This document shows positions 53,901 to 60,855 of a DNA stretch of 64,000 nt, piece by piece. Position 1 is the stretch's first letter. Each line of letters starts with the position of its first letter. Under the pieces are notes generated by a model. The model made no database searches. It was not told where the DNA came from and saw nothing but the letters and a program-made list of their open reading frames with translations. Origin of the DNA: Myxococcales bacterium (GTDB taxonomy: Bacteria > Myxococcota_A > Polyangia > Polyangiales > DASUME01); assembly GCA_047601445.1 (NCBI GenBank), contig JASGJH010000001.1, positions 5,504,001 through 5,568,000 on the forward strand, read 5' to 3'. The position numbers and the translations under genes are program-made.

Positions 53901-54832
53901 AATCCTTGATAACGCGTCTGACAATACGAACCGTCGCAGCCCCACACCTGCGTGTTGAGACCCGTAATCATCAACGAGTCGACCACGTTGAGCTGACCGC
54001 TCGTGCTGTATAGACCCGTGACGACGTTGTCCAATCCCTCTCTGCGAATATCGACAAATTGCAGCACGAGACTGTCGGACCCCGATTTCTCGATAGCGAT
54101 AGAGGTCACGGTCTTCAGGAACGACAGTCCTTGTTCGTAGGGGTCGAACTCATAGGTCGCGTTGGTCGTGCTCAGTGTGCCTTGAGGAAGGGTGACGATG
54201 TCGATGAGGCCGTCGTGCACGATTCGGAGACGCACCTCGTCGTTCGTTCCTGAGCCAGCGGCTGTGGCAGTTCGGAGCCGGAACCAGGTCGCCTCGCCGT
54301 CCCAGTCGCCTCGTGGCATCTTGCGCGTATCGACGAGAACGGTCTTGTTCGTGTATCGCACTCGCGGGCTCTGCGGCTCGTAGTACGGATTCAGCAAGGG
54401 ACTGTTCAGCGTGACGTATCCGTAACCCTCGACCTGGACCGTCTTCTCGCTCAGGTTTCGCGTGGTATCGAGGTAGTTGTCTCCGTCCCAGATGCGCTGG
54501 CCATTCCAGAGCAACTGCACGCGGTTGTAGCAAAGGTCGTTTGTGCCGATTTTCTCGAAGGTAACGGCTTCCAGTTGGTCCGGGCGCCCGAGACCCGTAG
54601 GCCAGTTGAAGCGGAAGGTGTTGTTCGCATAACCCTGAAAGCCGCCGGAAGGAGTGATCAGAAGTCGAGCCACTTGGCCGTTCGACTGCAGGTACATGTA
54701 CACCTTGTCCGTGCTTCCGTAGGACGCATCGGCGCAAGTCGTCATGACCAGAGAGAACGGCCCAGAGCCAGTGGTCGTGTCTGCGCTCGCGAGAGGGAGA
54801 AGCGTCAACCAAGACAGAAGCGCTAACTGCAT
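44942..54832 (-). CDS. Giant RHS/YD-repeat polymorphic toxin: signal peptide, two PLAT-like domains, Cys-rich DxDCDG repeats, beta-sandwich domain, SpvB/FG-GAP/TcdB-mid, RHS core, C-terminal ART-HYD1-like toxin (ORF open to 55027)
   Basis: 'YQIPIDVPAGRAGMAPELALTYSS', 'DFDGDG' repeats, YD repeats, 'GFTGHE...RLYDP...DPSGY', tip 'VRHFTNAKGIRGI...YVEFD'. Confidence 0.9.
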   Translation of the reverse strand: MQLALLSWLTLLPLASADTTTGSGPFSLVMTTCADASYGSTDKVYMYLQSNGQVARLLITPSGGFQGYANNTFRFNWPTGLGRPDQLEAVTFEKIGTNDLCYNRVQLLWNGQRIWDGDNYLDTTRNLSEKTVQVEGYGYVTLNSPLLNPYYEPQSPRVRYTNKTVLVDTRKMPRGDWDGEATWFRLRTATAAGSGTNDEVRLRIVHDGLIDIVTLPQGTLSTTNATYEFDPYEQGLSFLKTVTSIAIEKSGSDSLVLQFVDIRREGLDNVVTGLYSTSGQLNVVDSLMITGLNTQVWGCDGSYCQTRYQGFLFSLDSRVAKCASGTNPPDNDCDGIDDDCDGTSDDNYVGAAVSCGSGVCFRSTTYQCVNGAVVGCSAGSPNNAGDNICNGLDGDCDSRTDEGYVGQSYSCGTGACARTMMSSCANGTVTNCTPGAPPNVGDGICDAIDGDCDGRIDEGYVSSPASSCGVGACARTATGSTSCVNGVVTGACTPGAPQTEICDNVDNDCDGSTNEGILRTFSCGFGICLKSITQVCKPTAEWFPACVPNASYAMPEISRNGVDEDCDGLVDNGVENNCTNNGDDDHDGMKDCEDLEDCADEPACRGQVGGWGVDDYYCAKGLVFINSTCRKPQCENGLKDEDEQGIDCGGPCRDCAGDTCGHSCIVGQAATPPSLATLRYASGVFTRASAATYAHLWYGDEVLAASRPNELRWMNTTGSRLALFEGTSTNLVLDSEAWDKPSWVASAANPMSMSVDAFAYTPLHRMTAELLASPSGPARSPAGTVSVNAGRSTYSVYLQKRSSTSTTLTQVRPFLLSQANEIMATASWQLSSPFKRYELPVNTATGSASTFSFSHVAGWPTASMSAMQSPDFYVWGAQYEQQQPFATSYIPSNYTTVQRAADTLIFEAANVPTWMTSGTWQVDVQPIYASREMRTDWEYTLFGFEGTSKPGIALVRSTAGVVTLKIRNFGWVSFDSPEIKWERGAVLRFTFETVAGKVTLSGAATGNGTWTATGTRNQARARMRVGGQFGGQGEVFAGLGEPRQVAAPTTTCVADPSCNCGNGTLQSGEQCDPGASGPCGPSCTFATSEVSCSDGVDNDGDGLTDCTDFSDCGAKNACRSAAGSSCAQNYDCQSGLECVSHLCSFPGSPVPAGAVRLTDSEWHNPTGSEAPPIQAPSNPLVPTAVGGGGGGPLATPGALPGSGNVGHDGGYGYQIPIDVPAGRAGMAPELALTYSSRGRNGPLGVGFALAGLSEITRCPKNLALDGQTRAVRFDGVDSFCLDGARLVPTAGVHGENGTTYQTMGDGATKVVLLKSPGATEPEGFAVYLPSGRIRRYGGSAAIKGRTRQLGGFLIPSPSSVPPVSDERDVTLAWKLSREEDRAGNAMEFLYSSFQSDGSVEALIKEIRYTFLARSVEGATAEVSSPSRRIAFEYEARNDIMDSYLSGVRLRSSKRLKNIVVYVADTAPVGASVTTPTWDYGSKRWFYQITYMQRTGRKPSLVSDVTRCDADGVCYKPTHFDWTPELGATPYETIAPPITQDMRNSSLFVLDVDGNARADILYYRAGYGISLLRAGASDDACASTGSRFCWGQPAAVGGSFPIDILESSVPADFDGDGATEIMVRQDRLSYQLYDWNGAGQNLVAVPSTTVNVPAGVESDPGRPAYFADLSGDGLPDFIYPYPLVENGQGLRRFAARRNLQGALASSPTVLTGVYAKQGTVVDSDGDGRLEFQAEISGAYAGVSLTKDGAVEAVTPLNLDTQASAGWEMMDVNGDGLRDAVSLPQGESWYVAINTGRGFATPYVALTGISWNPANGSRRIGDLNGDGYEDILYFEGEANPTSTSNGAAMLMSDGVNLSWTPLDMFDGAGGFTGAGASGSLPTLNHWRNHQLVDIDGDGSLDITQVNLLGEFTILRRQGSDQRRIIRVTDGIGGTEDIEYSFISDPKVHSYATTGCGYPVSCPRVGLEVASVWSRTDKYGTWPTSYFYYDARSDMEGHGFLGFSRVEARDGRRDRVTTTSFDTTRKVLTSGAKVYPFLGLSRRTESFTKLLQNPPTVEYNRVGSIANSEYVFQDVGNGSFTTRLDHQTIQDFDEVIGLSCINQPCPPRDAYRTVDLDWDYDGFGNVTQASEWVHGGTSRLTTIKYAHQAQGAWLLRWLVSLPTEATVVSVPANQETSSYIDSSTRKVIGGVEPRTLKHAYDSLGFLLSTTRVGSAVSQHVTELVRDAFGLVRASMETAYNGSGDETRSTRVDYDPQGTFPQHFTNAVGHESWLWYQSALGVLVQSYDANGSTDKTQYDGFARVRSVLPADGGNVAVAYGSTPESPFTITKTSAAGGLEAEHIDENGRLRMLVQRTFGGDTVYTNYLYDSLGRLAVVTEPVTTGASEDNGSSLLEYDDVDRLIRRTDPEGNTTQIHHERLNTTVADPEGNTRRIERTPNGLTSNKVSVWLEAEGGPRELATHFTYGAHNLMRSIVDPGGFETVIGYDSLGRRTSLNDPDAGAWIYTLNGFDELTSSKDPGGRIDSSKLDSLGRVILKQSGDGNTSFVWDTRPHGLGSLASMTSPDGTYTEYDYDSLGRASEERMTLAGSTARISMSYDGFGRLAGVDYPEIAGTARFGVRYGYQNDFLDTIYDVRSTSKVYWNAVARDQRHRVTNRLSGDGLQTVRSFDGVGRLRSQVTSTPATSGGELERLNFDYFKNSNLKAKQDDVNIRSESFGYDSLGQLTSWSVSAAGSERTRNTFVYDFLGNLTAVQGTAGAWGSTTFGHGSGGAGPHAVVSAGPDTYGYDLRGRQVSGGGRTIQYTNFDLPKSIARLGSTTQFAYDAAGRRASKQSATESTLYMGGLYEKRWAKPPAASVEATDHVFYVHAEGELVAQVTRRELPMPSEQVVYIHGDHLGSTAIVTDTKGALLEHRYYEPFGSRADEEGAPWTGAETGITRGFTGHEEEAEFGITNMKGRLYDPRLRRFVSPDPLARASSQGVNRYLYVHNNPVRYVDPSGYDAIELGTVGGCRFQLGTGTSAGPGPGTGGDDRRTSTSTTGNTGNSARAEKPSTSAGGTSQPPREAPKSDSGGTQKPETTTTSSGGGQETSKRSEGEKTALSFVAYGLSGLANTGTHFDPLTVSWQDHPLRAQLEEMGKTAKARADHMWNLGLSGPGEEFLFASLKLASVVLPELAENGEGILQEIALRGMVPPGALLGRGLVRVRHFTNAKGIRGIQADRVIRASDQNSVFTVRAQGRTGSPRDVEEALGISRGRGNNYVEFDAQPGEFRVVGNARTGATELIFDGNVDLSNRNPTFNSNR

Positions 54833-55675
54833 GAGCTGAACCGCTCTGCGTAGGCGCGCCGTCCTGGAACTCTGACGAATGTTGGTTGTACTTCGCGCAC
54901 GTTCGGCCGATGACGAGGAGAACGCGTTTGAAACGAGGGTTCGGATGGAACGCAGAGAGCGCACGACTGCCTTTCGCCCAAACACCAGGCGTTGGGCGCG
55001 CAACGCGCTTACCCAGGTGCGGGACACGGTCGAAGAAATCGTTGCTCTCGAAGTACGTGAACTTTGTCGAAGCGTCCAGCTTGGATGAATAGGTATCTCT
55101 TACAGGCCCTGCATCGCGATCATGCGCTTTGTGCCGAGTGCGATCGTTCGACTGTCGCAAGCAACGCGAAGGTCGCGAAGACCAACCGAAGACAAATGTT
55201 AACCATCGCAGGCGGATATGTGACGTTCTCGCGACAGCGGTCAGTCGACTGCCCAGCGGGGTGACCATGACGCGGAGAAATTGCCTGGATTTGAAGGTGT
55301 TCTAGGCGACTCACGCGTCATGTACACGAGGCCGCATGGCTTCGCGCTCAGGCTCGCGACGTTGATGGCAGCGTGGACGCACGCCCGGGATACGCGTGGT
55401 TCCGTAGAGCGCACGCTTGGAGGCAGCCCGGCCCCACATCAACGCGCGACCAGCCGCCACATGCCAGCGGCTTCCCAACTCACCGAGTGGGTAGTGTGGT
55501 GCGGCGATTGGTGCGCCATCGAATTGGAAAACCCAATCTACGGAGTCGGCATGTCTCTCCAGACAGCAAGATCTGAGAGGACGCTGAATGGTAAGGTTGC
55601 CCGACACGGAAGGAGCCGGCTCCGGCGCACACCTGCTCGCCGTGGATCAACGAGACCATTCGAGGTGATGCGCGC

Positions 55676-55756
55676 GCTGAGCATGCATGTGACGATGATG
55701 AGCAAAAAGTTGCCGGAGCCGATCAAGTACAGCGTGAGGTACAAGAGGAAGTAGGC
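55676..55756 (+). repeat. Right direct repeat (attR-like), orphan copy of the gene 3' end
   Basis: Encodes 'MHVTMMSKKLPEPIKYSVRYKRK*' versus 'MHVTVMSKKLPEPIKYSVRYKKR*'. Confidence 0.92.
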
Positions 55757-56036
55757 GGGCCCGGTCCGACATCAGGACACGCAGCCGCTCGAGCATCACC
55801 CCGGGTAGGGGGCGGGTAGGTGGCTGACGGCCAGCCCGCCGCGGGTTGGGTGATGCAAGGCTCACATTGCGCCGCTTGGCGAGAGCCCGAAGGGCCGCCG
55901 TTGTGAACGCCCCCACGCATCGAGCCGCGAAGGAGCTGTCAACAGGGCACGAAAGTGGTTCTCGTGGAGCACGAAGGCCCGTCCGTGCCTTTGGGGCGGC
56001 AACCAGGAACGAAACCCAGCTATAGTCGCGACCCAA

Positions 56037-57038
56037 ATGTTGTGTTCGCGAAGTTGGTTCTCGAGAGTTCTGTACTCTGTCGCCGTCGCTAGTGGTCTGT
56101 CGGTTGGCTGTGTGACCCCCCTGCAGCCCAATCGATTTCACCATTCTGACGCGTCCTACGACGTGTACTATTCCGACGGAGGTTCGGCCAAGGAGCCGCT
56201 CGGTCCTTCGTGGAAGGTCACGAACTTGCACCCAAACGGCGCCGCGAAACAGTCGCCAGCGTACACGCTGGTGCGAGCCTACGACCTCAACGAGGACGGC
56301 GAGGCCGACATCAGCATGGAGGCACCACGCTACGATCTGCTCCTCGAGCACGTGGCGCGTGACGCCTCGCTGTGGGTGCGCTCCGTTCCGGTCGCACTGG
56401 GCGACGATCGCAAGGACCTTTCGGTCATGGCCCAACGCTATCTGCAAGCGGTGGCCAATCACGGCGAGGTAGCCGCTCCGTTTGGCGTGGAGCGCAAACC
56501 TCAGCCCAAGTCGCGACTGCGCTTCTCGCCGATGTACGGCGGGGCGCTCGTGCGAGAACAACCGGTCGTGATCAACACGACGACCTACGTGGCTCGCAGT
56601 TCGAACAGCTATGCATGCTCGCTGGCCAACAGGCCTGCGCATCGTTTGGACTTCGTCGTGGCACCGGCTGTAGCAGGTCAAGACTCGGCCCAGGTCGAAG
56701 GCAACCACGGCAGCGTCGTGTTGGTGCTGAAGGACAAGGGCACGACCTTTCGGGGACGAACGTTCCCAACGATGTTGCTCGTGGGGTTGTCGAGCTCCTC
56801 GGCGGACGCCGCGGCCCTGGAAAGCGACTTCCGTCAACTACTCGCAGGAGTCGCGCTCCAGGGCACCGGGGAATCGGACCTTCCAAGCTGTTCGGCTCCT
56901 CTTCCGCAAGTCAGCACCTCGGGCGGCGAGTCTGCAAGGCCTGATGATCCTCACTTGCCCGCTACCGTACCGCCGGCTCCCTCCGGCACTCCCGAGGTGC
57001 CTCCCGAAGCTCCGCCGGTTCCTTCCGAAAGCATCTGA
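56037..57038 (+). CDS. Hypothetical lipoprotein with Pro-rich tail
   Basis: Lipobox 'SVGC'; 333 aa ORF. Confidence 0.65.
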   Translation: MLCSRSWFSRVLYSVAVASGLSVGCVTPLQPNRFHHSDASYDVYYSDGGSAKEPLGPSWKVTNLHPNGAAKQSPAYTLVRAYDLNEDGEADISMEAPRYDLLLEHVARDASLWVRSVPVALGDDRKDLSVMAQRYLQAVANHGEVAAPFGVERKPQPKSRLRFSPMYGGALVREQPVVINTTTYVARSSNSYACSLANRPAHRLDFVVAPAVAGQDSAQVEGNHGSVVLVLKDKGTTFRGRTFPTMLLVGLSSSSADAAALESDFRQLLAGVALQGTGESDLPSCSAPLPQVSTSGGESARPDDPHLPATVPPAPSGTPEVPPEAPPVPSESI

Positions 57039-57083
57039 GCGGCTTGTCGCACGGGTGAGCCTCCGCATGGACCGCTCCGCCCC

Positions 57084-58658
57084 ATGCTAGTTTCGCGCGC
57101 GATGTACCGTCGCTCGCTGACTGCGCTCGCACTCGGGTTCACGCTCTCTGCCGCGTCGTGTCCGAAGGCTCCGCTCGGAGCCGGCGAGGGCCGCTGGGTA
57201 CAGGTGGAGAGCAAGCACTTCATCCTGTACACCGACGAAGCCCCGGAGGACGCCCGGGAAGAATCCCGGAACCTCGAGCGCTTGTTCGATGGCTTGGCGC
57301 AGACCGGCTGGGAGGCCAACGGAGAGCTCAAGCTGCGGCTTCACGTAGTGATGTTCGACAACCCCTATGACTTCGAGCGCTATGCAAAGTTCGGCATCGG
57401 GGGATATCACGTGCCCGACGTCTTGTACGAGCCATGGATCGTGCTTCCGGCCGCGCGGGGCGACCATGAGCGCCTGGAGACCGTGGCACACGAACTCACG
57501 CACTACATGGCCCACGCCGCCATGCCACGGCAGCCCCGCTGGTTCGCCGAAGGTCTCGCGTGCTATTTCGAGAGCGGACACGTCGACGAGGACCGCTTCG
57601 TGCTCGGCTCGGTGTCCGAGGATCGCTACCGAGCGATGCTGCAAGTCGGCCTGCTACGCCCGTCCGAGCTGATCAGCGAGCGTGCGACGCATGACGATAT
57701 CCGATTCTATTCCTCGAGCTGGCTCCTGGTTCACTACCTGATGAACAACCAGAGCGAGGCCTTTCAGGAGTACCAGAAAGGCCTCGGGCTTGGCCTGCCT
57801 TCGGATCAGGCGTGGCGGCGTGCCTTTCCCGGCCTGAGCGACGCAGCGCTAGATCGCGAGGTGGAGGACTATGTGATGGCGGGCCGCTACGCGCGCTTCT
57901 CCCTGCCTTTCAAGGTATCGGCGGTCAGCCTTCACGAACGCGTGCTCTCGCGCGCCGACGAACACGCGCTGCAAGCCGTGTTGTGGCTGGCCAACTTTCG
58001 CGAGAGTAGGAGCCAGGATGAGGAGCGCGCGCGCGCTGCCGTGGAGCTCGCGCTGGCCCTCGACCCACAGCACCTGATGGCCCGCACACTTCAGATCGAC
58101 CTCATGGACGACCAGGACACGGCGCGTGCGCTCGCAAGCGCCAAGGAGTTGGTCGAGCGCCATCCTCAAGAGTGGTTGCCGCGGGTGCTCCTCGGGCGCA
58201 CCGCCTGGGCGCAGCAAGAAGCGATTCCCGTGGACAGTCCACTCGACCCCGGCCAGGCCGTCGCGATCGCTCCCTGGCAGGCCCAGAGCTGGCTCGTGCT
58301 CGCCAGCCAGCAGGCCCTGCGCGGCAAGCGGGAACAGGCCATCAAGAACTCCGCGCGTGCCCAGACCATGGCCCCGGCCGATCCGGAGGTGTTGTGGATA
58401 CGCCTCACGATCCTGATGCGGCTCGGTGCTTGCGATGAAGCGGTGAAGCTCGCCGAGCTCCTGCGCCCGCACCTCGCAGAGCTCGACGCGCGTGCGCGCC
58501 TGGAGTTTACGCGGATCAAGAAGCAGTGCGCGGCCTCGGCGAGTGATCCTCCTGGGCCTTCGAGCAACGCGGCCCCCGTTCACGGGCCGAGCTGCCAACT
58601 GGGCTCATTGTCGGCAGCGGCGACGGCGCCAAGTGGAACGCGACCTTCGTCTCTCTGA
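57084..58658 (+). CDS. Zincin-like (DUF1570/peptidase MA-like) lipoprotein with TPR-like C-terminus
   Basis: 'AHELTH...PRWFAEGLA.YFE', 'FYSSSWLLVHYL'; lipobox 'AASC'. Confidence 0.78.
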   Translation: MLVSRAMYRRSLTALALGFTLSAASCPKAPLGAGEGRWVQVESKHFILYTDEAPEDAREESRNLERLFDGLAQTGWEANGELKLRLHVVMFDNPYDFERYAKFGIGGYHVPDVLYEPWIVLPAARGDHERLETVAHELTHYMAHAAMPRQPRWFAEGLACYFESGHVDEDRFVLGSVSEDRYRAMLQVGLLRPSELISERATHDDIRFYSSSWLLVHYLMNNQSEAFQEYQKGLGLGLPSDQAWRRAFPGLSDAALDREVEDYVMAGRYARFSLPFKVSAVSLHERVLSRADEHALQAVLWLANFRESRSQDEERARAAVELALALDPQHLMARTLQIDLMDDQDTARALASAKELVERHPQEWLPRVLLGRTAWAQQEAIPVDSPLDPGQAVAIAPWQAQSWLVLASQQALRGKREQAIKNSARAQTMAPADPEVLWIRLTILMRLGACDEAVKLAELLRPHLAELDARARLEFTRIKKQCAASASDPPGPSSNAAPVHGPSCQLGSLSAAATAPSGTRPSSL

Positions 58659-58692
58659 TCGCCAGCCGATGGGGGGACTGTGAACTCGCGCA

Positions 58693-59061
58693 TTATTCCT
58701 CGCGAAACAGCCCTTCGATTCGTTCTCGATCGCGTTCCCGAAATAGAAAGCGCGGCTTTGGACGATCCTGCGGCCGAATCCGCGCGATCACGTCCTGAAG
58801 GCATTCCAAGTACGTGCGCAGCTCTGAGTCCCGCAACGTCGGCAGCACCTCGTGCACGATGCTCACGGAGTCTTGATCAATCCATGATAGGTCGCTTAGG
58901 CAGTCGACGAATGCATCCCAGTTCCTGCCAAAATATGCCGGAAAACGCAAAGCGCGCGCGTAGGCTTGAAACAACTGTTCGCGTGTGGACAGTGAGCCAT
59001 CAAGCCGTAGGTCTGCTTGCGCCTCAACTTGAACAAATTCGAATCCGGCTGTGGAGTACAT
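58693..59061 (-). CDS. Barstar family RNase inhibitor (immunity protein)
   Basis: 'LRFPAYFGRNWDAFVDCLSDL'; GGGGAG RBS. Confidence 0.92.
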   Translation of the reverse strand: MYSTAGFEFVQVEAQADLRLDGSLSTREQLFQAYARALRFPAYFGRNWDAFVDCLSDLSWIDQDSVSIVHEVLPTLRDSELRTYLECLQDVIARIRPQDRPKPRFLFRERDRERIEGLFREE

Positions 59062-59070
59062 TGGCTCCCC

Positions 59071-59217
59071 TCAGTTGAGCGGTATGAACGTCCCGTAGTG
59101 GTCAGGCGTGTAGTAGAGTTCGCCTCCGGCGCCCGTGATTATCCGTTGCCGTCCGGGACCGTTGACGCCTGGAGTTGGGTGCACCCATTCTTGGTAGTAC
59201 CCGGCTGGCTTTGAAGG
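59071..59217 (-). pseudogene. 3' remnant of a barnase/RNase Sa-type ribonuclease toxin
   Basis: 'GYYQEWVHPTPG...QRII...YYTPDHY.TF'; 5' part replaced by the IS256 end. Confidence 0.88.
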
Positions 59218-60094
59218 AGGTGTCAGGAATTTTGTGTGCGCGACCAGGTGGGCGAAATGAAAGGAATCGCCCATGGCAAAGGAACTGACCGAGGGATAGC
59301 TCGGACACCGAGAACTCGAAAAAGCTGAGTAATGCCCAGAAGGCAGAGCTCCGGCAGGAATGGTCGACGAACTGGTGGCGGGCTGCCGGACGGAAGCCGA
59401 CCTCTTCGGCCCGGACGGCGTGTTCACAAAGCTCAAGGGAGCGGTCATGAGTCGGCTGCTCGAAGCCGAGATGACCCACCACCTGGGCCACGAGCGCAAC
59501 GCGCCCCGGAAGGGCACCAATGCTCGAAACGGCCACTCCCGCAAGACGGTCCACACCGAGACTGGCAGTGTGGTCGTGAGCGTCCCGAGGGACCGCGACG
59601 GCACCTTCGAGCCGCAACTCATCGGCAAGCATCAGCGGCGCCTAGATGGGTTCGATGAGAAGGTCCTGGCACTCTATGCGCGCGGCATGACGACCCGGGA
59701 CATCTCAGCGCACCTACGCGAGCTGTACGGCACTGAGGTCTCCCATGACCTCATCAGCAGGGCTACCGAGCACGTCATCGATGAGTTCCGCGCGTGGCAG
59801 AAGAGGCCGCTCGAATCGGTCTATCCGGTCGTCTACCTTGATGCGATTTTCGTCGGTGTTTGTGACGGCGCGCAGGTGAAGAAGCGAGCCTTCTACGTGG
59901 CCCTGGCCATGCAGCTCGATGGCAAACGCGACGTGCTTGGCATATGGGTCGCTGAAACAGAGGGCGCGAAGTTCTGGCTCGAAATCTTCACAGACCTCAA
60001 GCACCGCGGCGTAAGCGACATCCTATTTCTGTGCGCCGACGGGCTGACGGGGCTCGAGCGTGCCATCGAGGCGGCATTCCCCAAGGCGGTGCAC
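59217..60094 (+). mobile_element. Truncated IS256-family element (left IR plus partial transposase)
   Basis: IR-like gaggtgtcaggaattttgtgtg; 'RNGHSRKT', 'VPRDRDGTFEP', 'LYARGMTTRDI', 'YLDAI', 'ADGLTG'; breaks after 'FPKAVH'; in-frame stops in the 5' part. Confidence 0.9.
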
Positions 60095-60361
60095 CTTGTT
60101 GACACCCGCACCGGCAAAAGTCTCGGGGTCGCCGTCCTCCGCGGCGTCTGCTTCAACGTGCTCGACCAGTACGACAGGCTGTTCGCGCTCAGCCCGCGCT
60201 CGCTCGCGAACTCTCTCATGGTCTGGTCGCTCGCGCGCCACTCGTCGACCAAGACACTCCACTCTTCACGACTCCGGTTCTGTGCTCTTTGGCTACGCTT
60301 CATGCTGCGTCAGGATCGCCAAAAGCGCGCTCTGGGCAACCTGGGCACCCCGGACGGTTAC
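60095..60361 (-). mobile_element. IS66-family left-end fragment with truncated TnpA-like gene (starts 60303)
   Basis: Terminus GTAACCGTCCGG at 60361; HTH 'EEWSVLVDEWRASDQTMREFASERGLSANSLSYW...PRLLPVRV'. Confidence 0.8.
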
Positions 60362-60482
60362 CAATTGCGGAGAGCGGATACACGGAGGCGCGGCCGCTAA
60401 GGAGCTGCGCGTCATGGGCAAGCTGCACGCCGAGGATCGCGCCCCGCTCTGTAAAGCCATCGACGAGATCCTCGGGCGGTAG

Positions 60483-60854
60483 TCACTTGCCACCAAGTCG
60501 AGCCTTCATCGCCCGGTAGCGCTCCAACGCGTCGTCCCGCCTCTCCTGCACGTCATCGCAGAAAAACTCATCATCGAGCTCAGCCGGTTGAAGCGAAACC
60601 TCGTTGCCAGTCACGCGCACATTCCAAGAGTTCGGGACACCCGCAGAGATCACCTCGAAAAGAGCCAACGGCGCGGAGACCGGCATTTCGCGCTCGTGAT
60701 GCTCGAAGGTGATGTACCAAAGACCATCCTGTTGGCTCAACCCCAACACGTCGTACTCGGCGTTCAACGCCACAGGCCATCGCCCCGGAAGCTTCGCCAA
60801 GCGCGGAGTTACTAGATCCTGCGGCAGTGAGATCGATGAGCAACGAACTCGCAT
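60483..60854 (-). CDS. Putative cognate immunity protein of RHS toxin 2
   Basis: ATG immediately after the toxin stop; 'MRVRC...EYDVLG...P..LFEVI...W...FF.D'. Confidence 0.75.
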   Translation of the reverse strand: MRVRCSSISLPQDLVTPRLAKLPGRWPVALNAEYDVLGLSQQDGLWYITFEHHEREMPVSAPLALFEVISAGVPNSWNVRVTGNEVSLQPAELDDEFFCDDVQERRDDALERYRAMKARLGGK

Positions 60855-60855
60855 G

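Larger units (their letters stand above)
44296..55756. mobile_element. Integrase-less genomic islet carrying a giant RHS toxin and putative immunity gene
   Basis: Flanking direct repeats 11,380 bp apart; visibly lower GC and weaker codon bias than the flanks. Confidence 0.7.

Noticed and set aside
55281..55754. 157-aa ORF as a paralog of 43826..44374
   Set aside because: Only the last ~25 codons match; the upstream part looks non-coding.
59071..59628. 185-aa ORF as a real gene
   Set aside because: It is a chimera of antisense IS256 sequence and the RNase 3' remnant.
59360..60400. 346-aa ORF as an intact transposase
   Set aside because: Homology stops at 'FPKAVH'; the remainder is the antisense IS66 fragment, and the C-terminal catalytic region is missing.
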